A DNA stretch of 60,000 nt from Callorhinchus milii (lineage: Eukaryota): NCBI RefSeq assembly GCF_018977255.1, contig NW_024704743.1, positions 104,968,001 to 105,028,000 of the forward strand. The letters are read 5' to 3'. The notes below the pieces were generated by a model. The model searched no databases, had not been told where the DNA came from, and saw nothing but the letters and a program-made list of their open reading frames with translations. The translations under genes were made by a program, and so were the position numbers. Positions 1-13,492 of the stretch are shown piece by piece. Each line of letters starts with the position of its first letter. Positions within the stretch are counted from its first letter, which is position 1.

Positions 1-983
1 TTGGTTGCTTATCAATATCACAAATCAATATCCCTCAATAACCTCCTATACTGGCAATAAACAAAGCCACTGTACAGTACTATTCCTAGTACAATTGCAC
101 TTACATCAGAGGCTAACTCTAATTGTGTCCCTGACTAGACTCTGACGTTAATGTCATTCAGTTTTTTTGTTACTGTAATGCTGGCTATTCTATGTTTGGC
201 CTGTGCTTGACCAGCCTTCCTTCACACAGGCATTTAACGCTCAGCTATTATAGGTTCGGCCTCTTTCTTAATCTTTCTTTAGCTTTGGGAGTTAAGTGTT
301 AATTATTTCACATTCTCTACAAGACACACTCATTAACAAAGGTCAGTAAAGCTCTGTGCTGGGTGTTAAATTAGTAAATGAGCATCCTTTCACTTCATTT
401 ACTTTGGCAAGAGCCCACTGCTATGTACTGTAGTAAATTGTCATGTGAAATGATGCTGACACCATAAATAGAAATTTGTGGTTAATATCCAAGGTTTCAC
501 ATGCAGCTTCTGTACTGCCAATAAGTTTCCCCCGGCTGACAATACCCCAGATAAAATTGGCCATTCACTTCATGCTGTGCGTGGGACATTGCTATGCACA
601 AATTGGCTGTTGTGATCACCACAAAATACTACATTTTAGTGTATATCCTGTGAAGTGCAGAATATTATCATTATTATTATTATGATTAAAAACCTGAAAT
701 AAACCTCCTTGTCCCATTCCTTACTTTGAGGCAACATTGAGATGATGTGGCTCCTTTTCCTAGATTTAGCAAATCAATTGCATCAAAACTGTTATAAGGA
801 CATTTTTATATTTATGTTGTAATGCCATTAAGTACAATAACAATTAATTTGCTACATTTAGAGGATAGAGAAGACAAGCGCTTTGAGATGTCTCGAAGAT
901 GTAATAAATGTAATAAATAAAAATAATGCAACGATTATTAAAAGCAGAATAACCAGCAGCGAGGCTTAATTTCATTAGGTAAA

Positions 984-1000
984 GAGCGCCCTCTGCTGTA
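984..1000 (-). promoter_or_regulatory. CTCF-like motif
   Basis: Minus strand CAGCAGAGGGCGCT closely matches the CTCF core consensus. Motif match only. Confidence 0.45.
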
Positions 1001-1274
1001 CATTGTAGGAAATGCTAGGCTTTAGAATTGCCAATTGCTTCTGGGACCTCACTCAGGTGGCCATTATTCTTGTGCAGTCCTTGACAGTGAGCGTTGGCAA
1101 ACAATTTGAGTTGGAGTTTTGAGTTGGGGGGGGAAGCATCACAGCCAAGCTCAATCCTGTTTTAATGAGAAAGAGACACGGGTATGTATCAGTAGTGGTC
1201 TCTGGAAAGTAATGAAGAGCGGTTCTGTGTCTGCTTTCAGAATCATTCTTCCCCATACTTGTATTGTTAAATCG

Positions 1275-1735
1275 ACAACAACGACAAGTTACATTTATAT
1301 AGTGCCTTTTATGTCAGGAGGATGTTCCAAGTTGCTAGACAGTCAGGGCAGGAGGTCACAGAAGTAGGGGAGAGTAAGGCCATGGAGGGCTTTAAATGTG
1401 AGGACCAGGATCTTGAACTGTATCCTCTGAGTGATGGGGAGCCAGTGGAGCTGAGCAAGGATGGGGGTGATAGGATCACGGAGCCTGATGCGGGAGAGGA
1501 CCCGAGCTGCAGAGTTCTGGATGGTCTCTTGCCTATGGAGGGAGGAGTTGGGGAGGCTGGCAAGCAGGGAATTTGCGAGGTCGAGCCTGGATGTGATGAA
1601 TGCGTGGATGAGGGACCAGGCGGCCTGTTATGTGAGACAGTGGTGGAGCCGAGCGATGTTGCAGAGGTAGGAAAAGGAAATAGCGGGTCATGGCACGGAT
1701 GTGGGGATGAAGCACAGTTGACAGTCGAACAGATC
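1275..1735 (-). mobile_element. Older degenerate L2 fragment
   Basis: Similar to the L2 3' region (gaggaccaggatcttgaac, ggggagccagtggag). Confidence 0.7.
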
Positions 1736-1736
1736 T

Positions 1737-2090
1737 TTGGGTTATAGGGTTAACCGGAGCTGAGTGAGATGACTCCTTGGCCCCAGTGACTGGTCTGCTC
1801 TTCCGGGTCCTGTCGATGAGTCAGGCTGGCTTTGCTGTCACCAGCAGTGCCCTGGAATACTGCGGACCCACCTAGCTCAGGAACCGGACCCCCGCCACCG
1901 CCATAGAGGGCTGGCTCGATTCCAATATTTCGTTCCCAGGCGTGTCATCCTGGAGGCAATTGAGCTCCAAGACGACCCCACTTATCTCCCCTCTTGCGAG
2001 GTTCCCGATGGCAATGCATAGCAGCATGAAATGCATGAGAGCATTGCCACCGTTTCCCTGTCCACAGTTCGGGCACACATCCCTTCCCAT
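1737..2090 (-). repeat. Dispersed repeat, copy 1 (probable non-LTR 3' ORF remnant with CCHC knuckle)
   Basis: Aligns by eye to 30835-31277 and, inverted, to 34895-35255. Confidence 0.65.
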
Positions 2091-2359
2091 TGAATGATGG
2101 TTCCACCAATTGAAAGTGCGGAGTTAATAATAATAATAATCCTTGCATTTTGATATAGTGCCTTATCACATCATTGAGATGACTCAGAGTGCTTCACAGA
2201 ATATACTGTAAAGTGATGCAGCCGTGTGTATTTTGTAGGGAGAATACGACTGCCAATTTGCGCACAGTTGGACAACGGGATGGGACCTTGATTTAACATC
2301 TCATCCGAACGTCTGATCTTGTTTCGCAAGGAAAGAATACAATTAATGCCATAAAAAAA

Positions 2360-5300
2360 ATATTTGGTTATCAACTTTATTTGCTACCATACAAAAAAAT
2401 GTATAGTATACAACACAATTCTGTTTTCTTGTAAGAAATAAACAATTACATGTTGAAACATCAATGTACAACCTACCAAAACATAAAAATGTACACTTCA
2501 TTGAGGCTGAAAAATGCCAATTTTACAATAAAGTCTAGCATTATTAATGCAAGTGGACACAACGAACAATTCAGTGCACGTTACAAAACACATCAAGTAT
2601 GAATCGGTTCAAACAATAAATATTAATGTACTACACAGAAATACCTGAGGCAAAACAGTGAACAGCACATTTAAATCAGCTTCAAGCAATTACAAATAAT
2701 AGTTATGAATGAGCACAAAAAAAATGTAGACGATTACAAAATTGTTTTATATATGTATAAAACTGAACTTAAAGAAATAAATTAAAAGCAGTGCTTTGCT
2801 TTAAGTTTCAGTTTATTACCACAGTATTTTTTGTTTATAAAACTGATGTGTGGTGACAGTACGTTCTTTTAGTCCTTTCTATATTCAGCAGATATCACAG
2901 AAGTTACAATCCGGTAGCAGGTGCTTTTGCTGTTTGAAGAGACAGCTGATCTGTTTTGTTTATTGGGAGTGTGGGATCTTTTGGGAAAATCAGATAAACC
3001 TCTGCTGGGCGCCAATTCTAAGAGAGAACTCACATTTTTTCCAGTGCCTCATCCCATCAAAACATATGTACTACAATAAGCACTGTCCAATGACATATGC
3101 ACTGCTTTTGTAAGCAAACATGGCTTACATTTTGTGCAATGTCCCATGGACAGCCTGAATTTGGGGGTCAATAAAAAGAACTGCGGAAAATTGGCTTCAA
3201 AATCAAGATCAAATTTGCCAAATTTCTGCCAGATCTGAAAGTTTAAGACAATGGTCTTTAGCCTAAAACCAGGTATGTTTTCAGTTCCCCAGGAGCCAAT
3301 ATGATCTTTCCATAGGTTGTTTGATTGTAATAACGACAATTGCCTCTTGAAGCCTGTGAATAAGTTAAGCTCTAATTTCCAATAGAGGTTCCTCAATCAA
3401 GACAGAAACCAAAGTGAAGAAGGCAAGAATTGTTCTTATCAGAACTGAATTGACAGCAAGTTCAAAGTAGAATTAACTTTCTTGGGAGCTTTGGAAGAAC
3501 AGAGAATTGTTTTTTTAAAAAAAACACAGGTTCAAATTTAAATGGGAAATGATTCCTAAATTGCCTTGTAAATTGTCTTACAAAATCATTTAGCAGGTTA
3601 GTTGCCAGCAAAGTGAAATTGATGCTACAAATGAGATCATTATTTCTTTGGCTATTTTGAGAATGTGAAAACTACATAGCAAGAGAGTGCTGAACGAGAA
3701 AAGAGCATTCGTTCATCTCTACATTTGTTTGTTCATTCAGCAGCTACAGTATTTCCTTCCTCTCATTGTCTTAGTAAACCAGCCTGTTTATTGGTAATCA
3801 ATTCAGGCCTCCAACACCAAGGGATGTAAACTAAAGATTATCACTACAAGTCAATTTGGCAGTAACTAAGGAGGAGTTTCAGAGAACCCTGCTTCTGACT
3901 GTTTCAGGATCTTAGGTTACAATATAACCATAACTCCTTCTCACTCAATGATTCATTTTGTCTGCGGCAGCAGAATTAGCCCTCAGGTTAGGAAGGGGAC
4001 ACAAATCATCCAAGGTTGTTGTTTTTATTTGTCACTGACTGGATCCCTGCTAGAAAGCACCTGCCTGGATATCATGTAAACACATGATCAGGTACAGCTG
4101 CTTTGCCCCCTTCCTGTCTGAAGTACTACATTGCTGAATGGTTACTTAAGCGAGATATCAGAGGGCTGCCAGAGCATGTAGAACTGTGCCCGAACATGAG
4201 TCACAGGCTATGTGAGAGGTGGTGAAGGACAGAACATTTGCAGAGTTATGTTGCTGAAAAACTGGTCCAGTTGCTGGAGTAGCAGAACATGCTCAATGGG
4301 ATACATTATTCCCACTCATCGATAGATCAATATCAAAAGGGCCTAAACCCAGTATTAGTACTAGAATCATTAAGGAGATTAGGAGATTTTCCATGTTAAA
4401 CTAAATGCTTTGCCCCAAGTAAATATTCAAAGCTAAGACTATAACAATATTTAAAAGGCAATTGATAAATGTTTGAAGTGGAACAATCCAAAAGGGCTTG
4501 GGGAATAAGTAGGGAATTGAGATTAGATCCAGTGAAGTGAGCTAGTAGCATCTTAAATGAATGGATTGAATGACCCTCCACTATGGTGTCAGCTCTATGA
4601 TTGTAACAGGTATTGCTGTTATGTGGTCACCGTTAACTCATGTCATTAACTCAACCACCATCAACTGTCGATCTAAAATCAAACAACCCAAAAAAGGTTC
4701 ATAGAAATAAAAGGTACTGGGAGACGGTGTAAAATACCAAATCACAGCAGCACAACAACAATATCACACCTATATAGCGCTTTTCATGTTGGGAGGATGC
4801 CTGTCTTTATATAGTGTTTCACAACTGGGAGCCCAAACTGGGAAGTAAAGAAAGCCAGGCTTTAGGAACATAGGAACAGGAGTAGGCCAAATCATACAGG
4901 TAAATGTTCCCAGTCAATGTCTAGCCATCAGCTGTCGCCTCAGACACAAATACAAGCACGCACCCTAACTCAAGTCAAGTACTCGCAGTGCAAGAACACA
5001 TGCACTACACATATGTGCAAGTGGCACATGCGTGTGCAGGAAAAGAGGGGTCAACCCCTGCACACCCACTCACACACAAAACAATTTTTTTAAGCTAATT
5101 TATGATGTAATAGAGTGCATAAGAAGTGTCTGACATTTGATAGTTTTTTTAAAAAAATCAATAAAAACCTTTTCATAGAAGCCATTTGTTGATATTTCTC
5201 TAGTTCCTTTGCTTCTCTATTACTGTACAGTAGTCCCTGATATGCAGACTTTATCTGTCATGAACTATCACTAGGATAAGTAATCTTGCACATTGTATTG

Positions 5301-6359
5301 TATGTAATTTTCAGCTCAGTATCTTCACTAGAGGGCAATGTGATTCACGTTACACTTTCCTTTTGCATGTCTCACTTTGATTGCTCAGTTGGTTGTACAA
5401 AATGCAATATAAAAAGAAAATATATATCTAGCAAAACACAGTGGTAAGAAAATAAATGCGTCAGAAAACAAATTATCACAACTAAAATAAAATCTTTTGC
5501 TTCGGAACTCACAAAAGACATAAATAATGTTATTTGTTCCTCATTCAAAGCCCAAAGAGAAATGTCACTTATATATATATATAAAAAAATCTGTTTTCTT
5601 TTGTCATTTTAAAATTATTTTATAAACCTTTTTTCAGAAAACCATTCCTTTAAATATATAGTAGAGTAACATTCACGCGATTAAAAGAACAAAAATATCT
5701 TAAATAAAATCAATAAATAATGTGGTGTAAAAAAATAACCTAATCACACACTTTATACAACAAATTATATTAAAAAAAACAAATTGGTGCAAAAGGAAAG
5801 TATCTTAAGTGCAGTGTTATAGGTGCTGTCATCCCTTCCAATTTAGTTTTTAAAAGAATCAGCATTGCATCATGGACCCACATAGGCTGGGTTTGAAAAT
5901 TGTTACAAATCAGCCCTTTATAATAGTGTCTTTTTACTTATCGCACATGATGTGTCCACTTCAAAATATTTGAAAATTTTTTTTAAGTAACATGACAGCT
6001 GTACTACAGAAATTAGCCTCCAATCTGATTTCAAAAGGGGGTCTGTAACTCGGTGACATGATTTCACAGCATTGATATAAAAAGAACTGCAAATGCATTA
6101 TGAAGCTTCATGTATTTCCCAAAGGGAAACTAGTGTTCCAGCTCTTGCTTTTGATACCTCTGAGTTACAGCCCCTCAGCGATGGGATGGTTTCTCATCCT
6201 GCTTAAGTGGCTGTTGTAAATGGAGATTTTTTGCTGTTCCTAAGACATGCCACTATCACATGTGCGTCAAACACTTGAAGCTGAATTGTACTGCCTATGA
6301 ATAAAAAAAAGTCAGTAGCATTTACAGAAGAGGCACCGGGAGACTCGAGCGGACAAGAT
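2360..6359 (-). other. ST18: Probable ST18 3' UTR (~4 kb)
   Basis: AU-rich sequence following the stop codon, with few repeats in 5100-6350 and 2370-3600. The end point is inferred from the poly(A) signal. Confidence 0.55.
2376..2381 (-). terminator. Candidate polyadenylation signal AATAAA
   Basis: Minus strand reads gcAATAAAgttgataaccaaata followed by a U-rich tract. Confidence 0.55.
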
Positions 6360-6500
6360 TCACACCTGGATGCCCTTCACTGCTTGTTTAATGCTTTCAA
6401 GAAGTGCCTTGCTTTCAGGGGTGTAATTCCGTTCCAAACTGCTGTACATGTCAGTCAGAGTGTTCATGTATGCGTCAAAATTCTGCTCGCTGATTGGCTC
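6360..6500 (-). CDS. ST18: ST18 last coding exon, [19 protein letters not shown]...KGIQV*
   Basis: tttctctcag acceptor, TGA at 6362-6360. Confidence 0.95.
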   Translation of the reverse strand, partial: EPISEQNFDAYMNTLTDMYSSLERNYTPESKALLESIKQAVKGIQV

Positions 6501-6991
6501 CTGAGAGAAAAATACAGATTTGGGTGTTGAGAAGGTGCAAGCACGATTAATATATATTTTTAAATCCTTACCCTTGCTACAGCGCCTTTCACATCAGGAG
6601 GATGTCTCAAAGTACTTTGTAGGATACATTGTAAAGTAGAGAGCCTGTGTGTTTTTTTGTGGGCAGACATGGCAGTCAATTTGCACACAGCAAAGTCCCA
6701 CAAACAGCCATGCAATGAATGTTCAATTTTAACCAAGGTGCTCATTCTCAAATAGCAGGAAAAGGCCAATATTTATTCGAAACAAAAAAAGCTTTGAATG
6801 GTCATTGAAGGCTGAGGACCTGGTTTCTTTCTTATCCTAATTTGGTGTTTCCAGAGACTCTGAAGTGAAAAATGCTGCGTATAATATGATCAAATTGTCA
6901 AATGGATGATATAAATCTGCCTTTAATTATCGACATCTCTGAGTGTGAACTCTCCCTCCCTCCCCTCGTCCCCCATCCCTGATTTCGGAAC

Positions 6992-7278
6992 AATAATAAT
7001 AATAATAATCCTTGCATTTGATATAGCGCTTTTCACGTCGGGAGGACGTCCCAAAGCGCTTCACAGAACACACTGTAAAGTGAATTGACTGTATATCTGT
7101 GGACGAACGCGGCAGCCAATTGCGCACAGCAATGTCCCACAAACAGTCATAGATTGAAAATGACCAATTTTATTATTGTTTTGGGTTTTGGAGGGATTAT
7201 TATTAGGCGTGTGGAGTAAGGAAACTTGCCCAAGGTTTCGCCCTGTCTGGAATTGAACCCAGGTCTCTCACTTACAAA
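6992..7278 (-). mobile_element. 5'-truncated SINE, same family
   Basis: Body and tail match the family. A box is lost. Confidence 0.88.
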
Positions 7279-7845
7279 TGCCTGAAGTTGACCAAAGACT
7301 ATGTTCGCCTCTTCCCATTGCTGCACTTGACTCCCGCAACCTGGAATGTGACTGAACTCGGAGCAGTCCTGGTGTTCTGTGCAGTGGGACTCAAATACAG
7401 TGATCACGTGAGCCACAACAAAGGTGGCAGCACACACCATTGTATCAATGGTTTGACCTGAACTCTCAGGTGCAACCTAGCTACCTGTGTGCTACCACCT
7501 TGGGGGGGTGAGGGTGGGTGGGGGGGAATTGATTACCAAACCTGTTGGTAATCAATACAGGTTTAAATGGTACTTTTTTGCAATATGATAATTATTACAG
7601 CAAATGGCAGATTTTCACCCATAAGAGTGTGGAAGAATTTTTACTCAATGCTGCAAGCATTATTCTTGCTGGCTCTCAAATTGCTCGCATGGTTCAAAGC
7701 TATCCTTAGGAGTGACTGCAGCTTGTGATTTCCTTTGACCACATCTCTCCAAATCTTTCTCATTCGTAAAACCTCTAGCACCCAACTCATGTTCATCCCC
7801 ACACTGTGCACTTACCTGTATTTCCTTTGGTCCATTGGCTGTTAT

Positions 7846-8162
7846 CATAGAATCATAGAATTATACAGCACAGAAGGAGGCCATTCGGCCCATCGTGTCT
7901 GTGCCGGCTCTTTGAAAAGAGCCATCCAAATCAATCCCACTCCCCTGCTCTCTCCCCATAGCCCTGCAAAATTGTCCTCCCCAAATAATTATCTACTTCT
8001 CTCTTAAAAATTGTTATTGATAAAATTGTTTCTCCTTGTTCACCCTATCGAATCCCCTCATAATTGTGAAAACTTCTATTAAGTCTCCTCTAAACCTTCT
8101 CTAGCCTCTCCAGATAACTGATCCTGGTACCAACCTGGTAAATCTCCTTTGCACCCTCTCCC
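7846..8162 (-). mobile_element. CR1 3' end with internal deletions
   Basis: catagaatcatagaattatacagcacagaaggaggccattc is the same as at 26370. Confidence 0.8.
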
Positions 8163-8531
8163 CTTTAAGATTGTGATAATATTTGTTTGTGCCATGTTGA
8201 GGTATCAAGTTATAAAGATGCTCTAATACCATGGGGAGGAATGAGGAGACCAATATCGACCCACTCGTCAGCCTCTGAAGCCAAGTCAGTAAAAGGTATA
8301 GCTCTTACTTCTGATTACAAATAAAAGTTTACATACTGTGGGAAATTGCTATTAGGGCTGTCAGTGAAAAAGGGGCTGGAATACTGAGTTGCCCTTATTA
8401 CTACAGTAAAATTCACCAAAGTTGTATCATTTAATATGCCTTCCGCAAAATCCGATTTGCAGGCAAACTGTAGAATGTAAACTGTTAGACTTTTTACTGT
8501 TTCAGGTTATCCTGCATTTACCAGATATTCA

Positions 8532-8546
8532 CCAATAGGTGGCACC
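8532..8546 (+). promoter_or_regulatory. CTCF-like motif
   Basis: CCAATAGGTGGCACC. Motif match only. Confidence 0.35.
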
Positions 8547-9656
8547 GTGAGGTTAGATAGTATTAACTGCTGCAGGCTTCAAGTTTCATACTATTGCATT
8601 CGGACAAATTTTGAACCGCATAACTTAAAATACGATCTCATTGCATGTAACGGTGCATTTCTACCTCTCAGTTTCTTGGTTTCCTAGTACTGTATTTTCA
8701 GCCGCAGTCATAATCTTTGCAAATAAACAATATTTGTTAATGGAACCTTCTTCCAAGTGTATAGTAACTATATATAATAAATAATAATTATACTCCTTGC
8801 ATTTGGTATAACGTCTTCCATGTCAAGAGGAGTCTCAAAGTGCTTCACAGGAAATACTGTAAAATGGGATGACTTTCTTTTGTGGGTACATAGTGAGGGT
8901 GTATTCTTTAGGGAGAGAGTACACATTCCATTCCAGATGCAGAGACATCTCCATGTGTAGGTGGCAGACATATGTGGAGCTCTCAGTCTAACTTTGATAC
9001 TTTTAAGCTTGATGGTGGGTTCTATATGTGTCAGACCCAGTTGACTAAAGCCAGGACTCCAGGAAAGGCCAAGCTTCACCTATGGGAGGGAAGTGAATTG
9101 ATCACACAACTACCAGACCAGCTTGGGATGTAGTTTTATAATCACAATTAGAGTGTTGTAGTATTGTGATGGTGGTGGTGAGGGGCGGGAATCAAATCAA
9201 TGGTCACAATGCTCCTCTCCATCCTCTCTTTGACACATCTTGTGGGTGCAGGGACTCCCACGGCTCCAGGAGCAGTCTCCCTCCCAATGGAAATTGTCTG
9301 TGACTCAATGACATCAAATAAAACATCCCACCAAGCACAAAAAAATGCAGTTTCATTTATTAAGTAAGTCCATCCTACCAGCAGCAATGGGCAAGGTTGA
9401 AACAGCAGCCCGTGTATTCAGATTGACCCTGATCTTGAATTTTATTTCTCTTGAGAAAGTAATATCTCCTTTATATTAGGGTTATAATACTGGAAAAAAT
9501 GAGCTGCCTCATTCAAAACGCACCAATTACATTGCACTTCATTTTTTGGGGAATTCAGGAGTGGGTTGGGGTGTTCAAGAAAGAAATACTCACATTCTCA
9601 TAGTTATTATGCTACTGAAAAATGTTTTAGTTTGAGTTACTAGTTTGATATCTTAC

Positions 9657-9800
9657 CATTTGTGGGAGTTGGATGTCAGCGAGGCTGTTAATAAGGGCCT
9701 GACTCAGACCAGCTAATTCCTTTAACAAACTCTCATTGTGCTGCTCAATTACTTTATTCTCCTCCTCAATTGTTTTCAAATTGCTCTCCATGGATGTAAT
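9657..9800 (-). CDS. ST18: ST18 exon, [16 protein letters not shown]...LADIQLPQM
   Basis: ttttag acceptor, ATG|gtaaga donor. Confidence 0.95.
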
Positions 9801-10164
9801 CTAAAAATTTAGAAATAATTTTTCTTAATTACATAATGGGCGTAAAAAGTCACTTTTACAAACTTACAGAAATACAGTGTTGATTTATTACTGACAGCTA
9901 GTATCAAGCGCTTTGCAGTTAGGAATGTGCAACAAGCTGAGCTTATTGCTGTTGGGTTAGCTAAATCATAAAGCTACCATACTTATCTAACACTGCAGAG
10001 CAAATAAATTAGAAACTTAAAACATTTAAGAAGAGCACCGAAATATTTTGCACTTAAGTGCATGAAACCCCTTTCTACAGATAAAGCATTTTCAGAGTTT
10101 GTGTAAAAATGCATTAAATGGCATTTTCGTGGCGCTTCTACCTCTAGTCCTTGTTATCATTTAC

Positions 10165-10268
10165 CTGTGTCTGGAGCTTTATCATATCTGCTTCCATTTT
10201 CAGGTTTGACTCATTCAACTCTTTAATCTCATCATCCAAATGATTGATCTCCTCGTCATTTTCCGCCC
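10165..10268 (-). CDS. ST18: ST18 exon, coiled coil [34 protein letters not shown]
   Basis: ttgctatag acceptor, CAG|gtaaat donor. Confidence 0.94.
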
Positions 10269-10649
10269 CTATAGCAAAATAAAGAACCTGATTTATTGTC
10301 ACGGAATACAAGTCATGCACATGCCCTTATAAGGACAGAAGAAAGCAGGAGCAGGAGGAGGCCATTCAACCCATCAAGCATGTTCCATGAGTTTATTTAA
10401 TCTTGGCAAATCTTTTAATCTCAGTATCCTGCTCTTTGCCATGCTGCTTAATACTTCTAGAAAGCTTTAAAGAAAGTGTTAGGTGACAGCTTGACTCATT
10501 GGGTAGTAGTTTCGCCTCTGAATCAGTAGGTTGTGGGATCAAGCCCCACTTCGGGACTCACAGAAATGCTGTCCTTTGGATGACTTTAAAGAACCCGCAG
10601 CACAATTCAAAAAGAGAGGGGAGGTATTCCTAGTGTCATAGGCAAAAAC

Positions 10650-11880
10650 TTACAAAGAATTACAAAGAATGTACAGCACGGAAACAAGACATTCGGCCCC
10701 AACCAGTCTGCGCCAACGTTTTTACTCCATACAAGTCTTTACCCATTCCTTACTCCCTCCATATCCTCTACCTCATGTGGAGTTCTACCTTCCTCCTAAA
10801 TGCACCTACGCTATCTGATTCAATCACCACTTCAGGCAGTGTGTACCACAATCTCATTATCCTCTGCATGAAGTAGTTCCTCCAAAATTCTCTTTTAGAT
10901 CCCCTAGTCGCTATTTTATATTTGTGTCCCCTGGTTACGAATTCCCCAACCAGTGGAAATTTAGATTAACCTTATCAAACCATTTTATAGTTTTAAACAC
11001 TTCTATTGTGGAGTCCTGTAGCTCAGTGGTTAGAGCACTCGCTTTGCAAGTGAGAGACCTGAGTTCAATTCCAGGCAGTGGGCGAAACCTTGGGCAAGTT
11101 TCCTTACTCCACACAGAGCCTAATAATAATCCCTCCAAAACCCAAAACAATAATAAATTGGTCATTTTCAATCCACGACTGTTTGTGGGACATTGCTGTG
11201 CGCAATTGGCTGCCGCGTTCGCCCACAGATATACAGTCAATTCACTTTACAGTGTGTTCTGTGAAGCGCTTTGGGACGTCCTCCCGACGTGAAAAGCGCT
11301 ATATCAAATGCAAGGATTATTATTATTATTATTATTTAGGTCCCCCTTAAACATTTCTTCCCGAGTGAAAAAAGGCCTAACCTATCCAGTCTATCTTAAT
11401 AGCAGTAACCTGCTAGCCCTGGTATCATCATCAACCTATGCTGTGCTCTTTCCATTGCTGTTATATCCTTCCTATAATGTGAAGACCTGAATTGGACACA
11501 ATAAACCAAATGTGATCTAACCAAGATTTTGTATTAATTGAACATCACCTCACTTTTATATTCTATCCCTCTGGATATAAAGCCCATGACCCCATTGATC
11601 GATGTTACAGCCCTAGCTACCTGTGTGGCTACTTTTAAAGATTTGTGGATCTGAATCCCCAGATCTCTTTGCTCCTCCATTTCACTTAGGTTCCTACATT
11701 CCAGACTATAGACAGCTTCTTTATTTTTCCTGCTGAAGTGAATTACTTTGCATTTTCGTATATTAAACTTCATTTGCCATCTATCTGCCCATTCTGCTAG
11801 CCTGCTAGAAGTCTGCATGACTTCTAACATTCTTTTGCAATTCCCTTCACAATTTACCATTGCCTCAGTTTGTAAATTTT
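10650..11880 (-). mobile_element. Older CR1 fragment interrupted by a SINE
   Basis: WADRWQMKFNIRKCKVIH, EQRDLGI. CR1 sequence resumes after the SINE at 11008-11336. Confidence 0.8.
11008..11336 (+). mobile_element. Full-length tRNA-Ala(TGC)-derived SINE
   Basis: A box TAGCTCAGTGG, anticodon-like CTTTGCAAG, B box GAGTTCAATTCC, L2-like tail, (ATT)n. TATT at both junctions. Confidence 0.9.
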
Positions 11881-12303
11881 GTACTCTCTCCAATGCTATA
11901 ATATCAAACAGGTAAATCCAATGGACGATACCTTTGATAGTTATAGCACTCCTCCAGCACTGTATTGGAGTGCCACACTGGACTATGAACTCAAAGTCCT
12001 AACATAGGGCTTGAACACATAACCTTCTGAATCAGGCAAGAGTGCCACCAACTGAGCCAGGTTGGCCGCTTTCAACCATAGAGTGCCTTTCAAATAAGAT
12101 AACTATTTGCAGCGCTTCACAACAATAGGGTTGAAGTTGAGTACGGTGAGAAGTAGTGCAGGTAGGACTGAACTCACTGAATGACCGGTTGAAAAGATTG
12201 CTTTTAGATTAGTTTTTAACAACGAGGGCGCAGGGAGAGTGCAGAGGGATATTTGCACAGGATGTTCCAGAGGAGGGGCATCAGGGCTTCATATTGTTCT
12301 TAC

Positions 12304-12395
12304 CACTGCTTGCCCTCAGTTTGATGGTCATCATTTCATCACCCGAGAGTTTGCCTTTCTTCAGCGCTAGGGAGGCTCGGGGGCATCCTGACAAA
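12304..12395 (-). CDS. ST18: ST18 exon, [30 protein letters not shown]
   Basis: ctacag acceptor, G|gtaaga donor. Confidence 0.93.
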
Positions 12396-13169
12396 CTGTA
12401 GACATACACACAGTCAAAAGCAACTTTCCATCTCCATTTTAAGGAAGCAAATTCAGTTAAACTACAAATTTACACTGAACTGCTGAGCCGTTATGAGATC
12501 TATTCACAGGCATTTTTGCAGTTAGCTCAAGCACCTCTGCTCATGCAATGCACTTGAGGTGTCAACAATTCAAAGGAACCTTAGAATAGATGATGACTTA
12601 GAACAGTACAAAATAAAGTGAGAGAAGTTTCAAGGGAATGCCTGCTTTATAGTTTTAATGTAATGAGCTATAGAGGAATATAGCGATTGAAAGCAGGATG
12701 AATGATTTTAATCTTACTCCTAATAATTCTCAAACAGATGAGGCATATTCACTCTTTACTGACACAGATAAAGAACATTTGGAGAACGCCACAAACTATT
12801 GGCGTTCAAAATGTTTAATATTATTGATAACATCAATGACAGATTATGTACTGGGGGTGGGAGGGAGTGGAACAAAGAACTTTTAAGGGACCAATTTGTT
12901 ATGAGAGCAAATCGATTCATATTGCAGTAATGCAAATCAATGATCTGGAGTAACCGCCTTCGTGAGTTGATACCACAGTTGGGCCCCCAGTGCCAATCTC
13001 TTCATGAATACTTAGCTCCTACATGCTTTGCACTCTGCCTTTTATGCCAAATCTCCGTGAAAAACATGTTAAAAGCTTGGCGTAAATAAACAGATTTACC
13101 ATTATTAACATTCTTAATATTTTTTTAAATTCTGTTTTTTGTTGTATACAAAAAAGACTTCAGTTATCT

Positions 13170-13173
<4 letters not shown>

Positions 13174-13202
<29 letters not shown>
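13174..13202. repeat. (AAT)n microsatellite
   Basis: About 9 perfect units. Confidence 0.8.
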
Positions 13203-13492
13203 TCTGATCTGATTAAAGCATTTTCACCACATTCTGACCCGCTTCATATATGTGATAGAAACACTAAAAGAAAGTACTTGGTTCCCTAAAAAACAATTCC
13301 AACTTACTGATCAGCAACATTGTTTAGAATAAAAAGCAGGTTAAAAGATGAATGCGAATGTGGCTAAATCTAACTGCATTAAATTAAGTATGGTAATATG
13401 TGGCAAGCAAGCTCCAGTTTAGATCCAGCTACACAGTAGTTGAAATGTCTTTTAATTTCGGAAAAGCAGCAAAAAGGGAGGTTTACACTAAC

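Noticed and set aside
11010..11080. tRNA-Ala-like sequence (also at 36466 and 43000-43070)
   Set aside because: It is a SINE head: the acceptor stem does not close and it runs straight into the SINE body.
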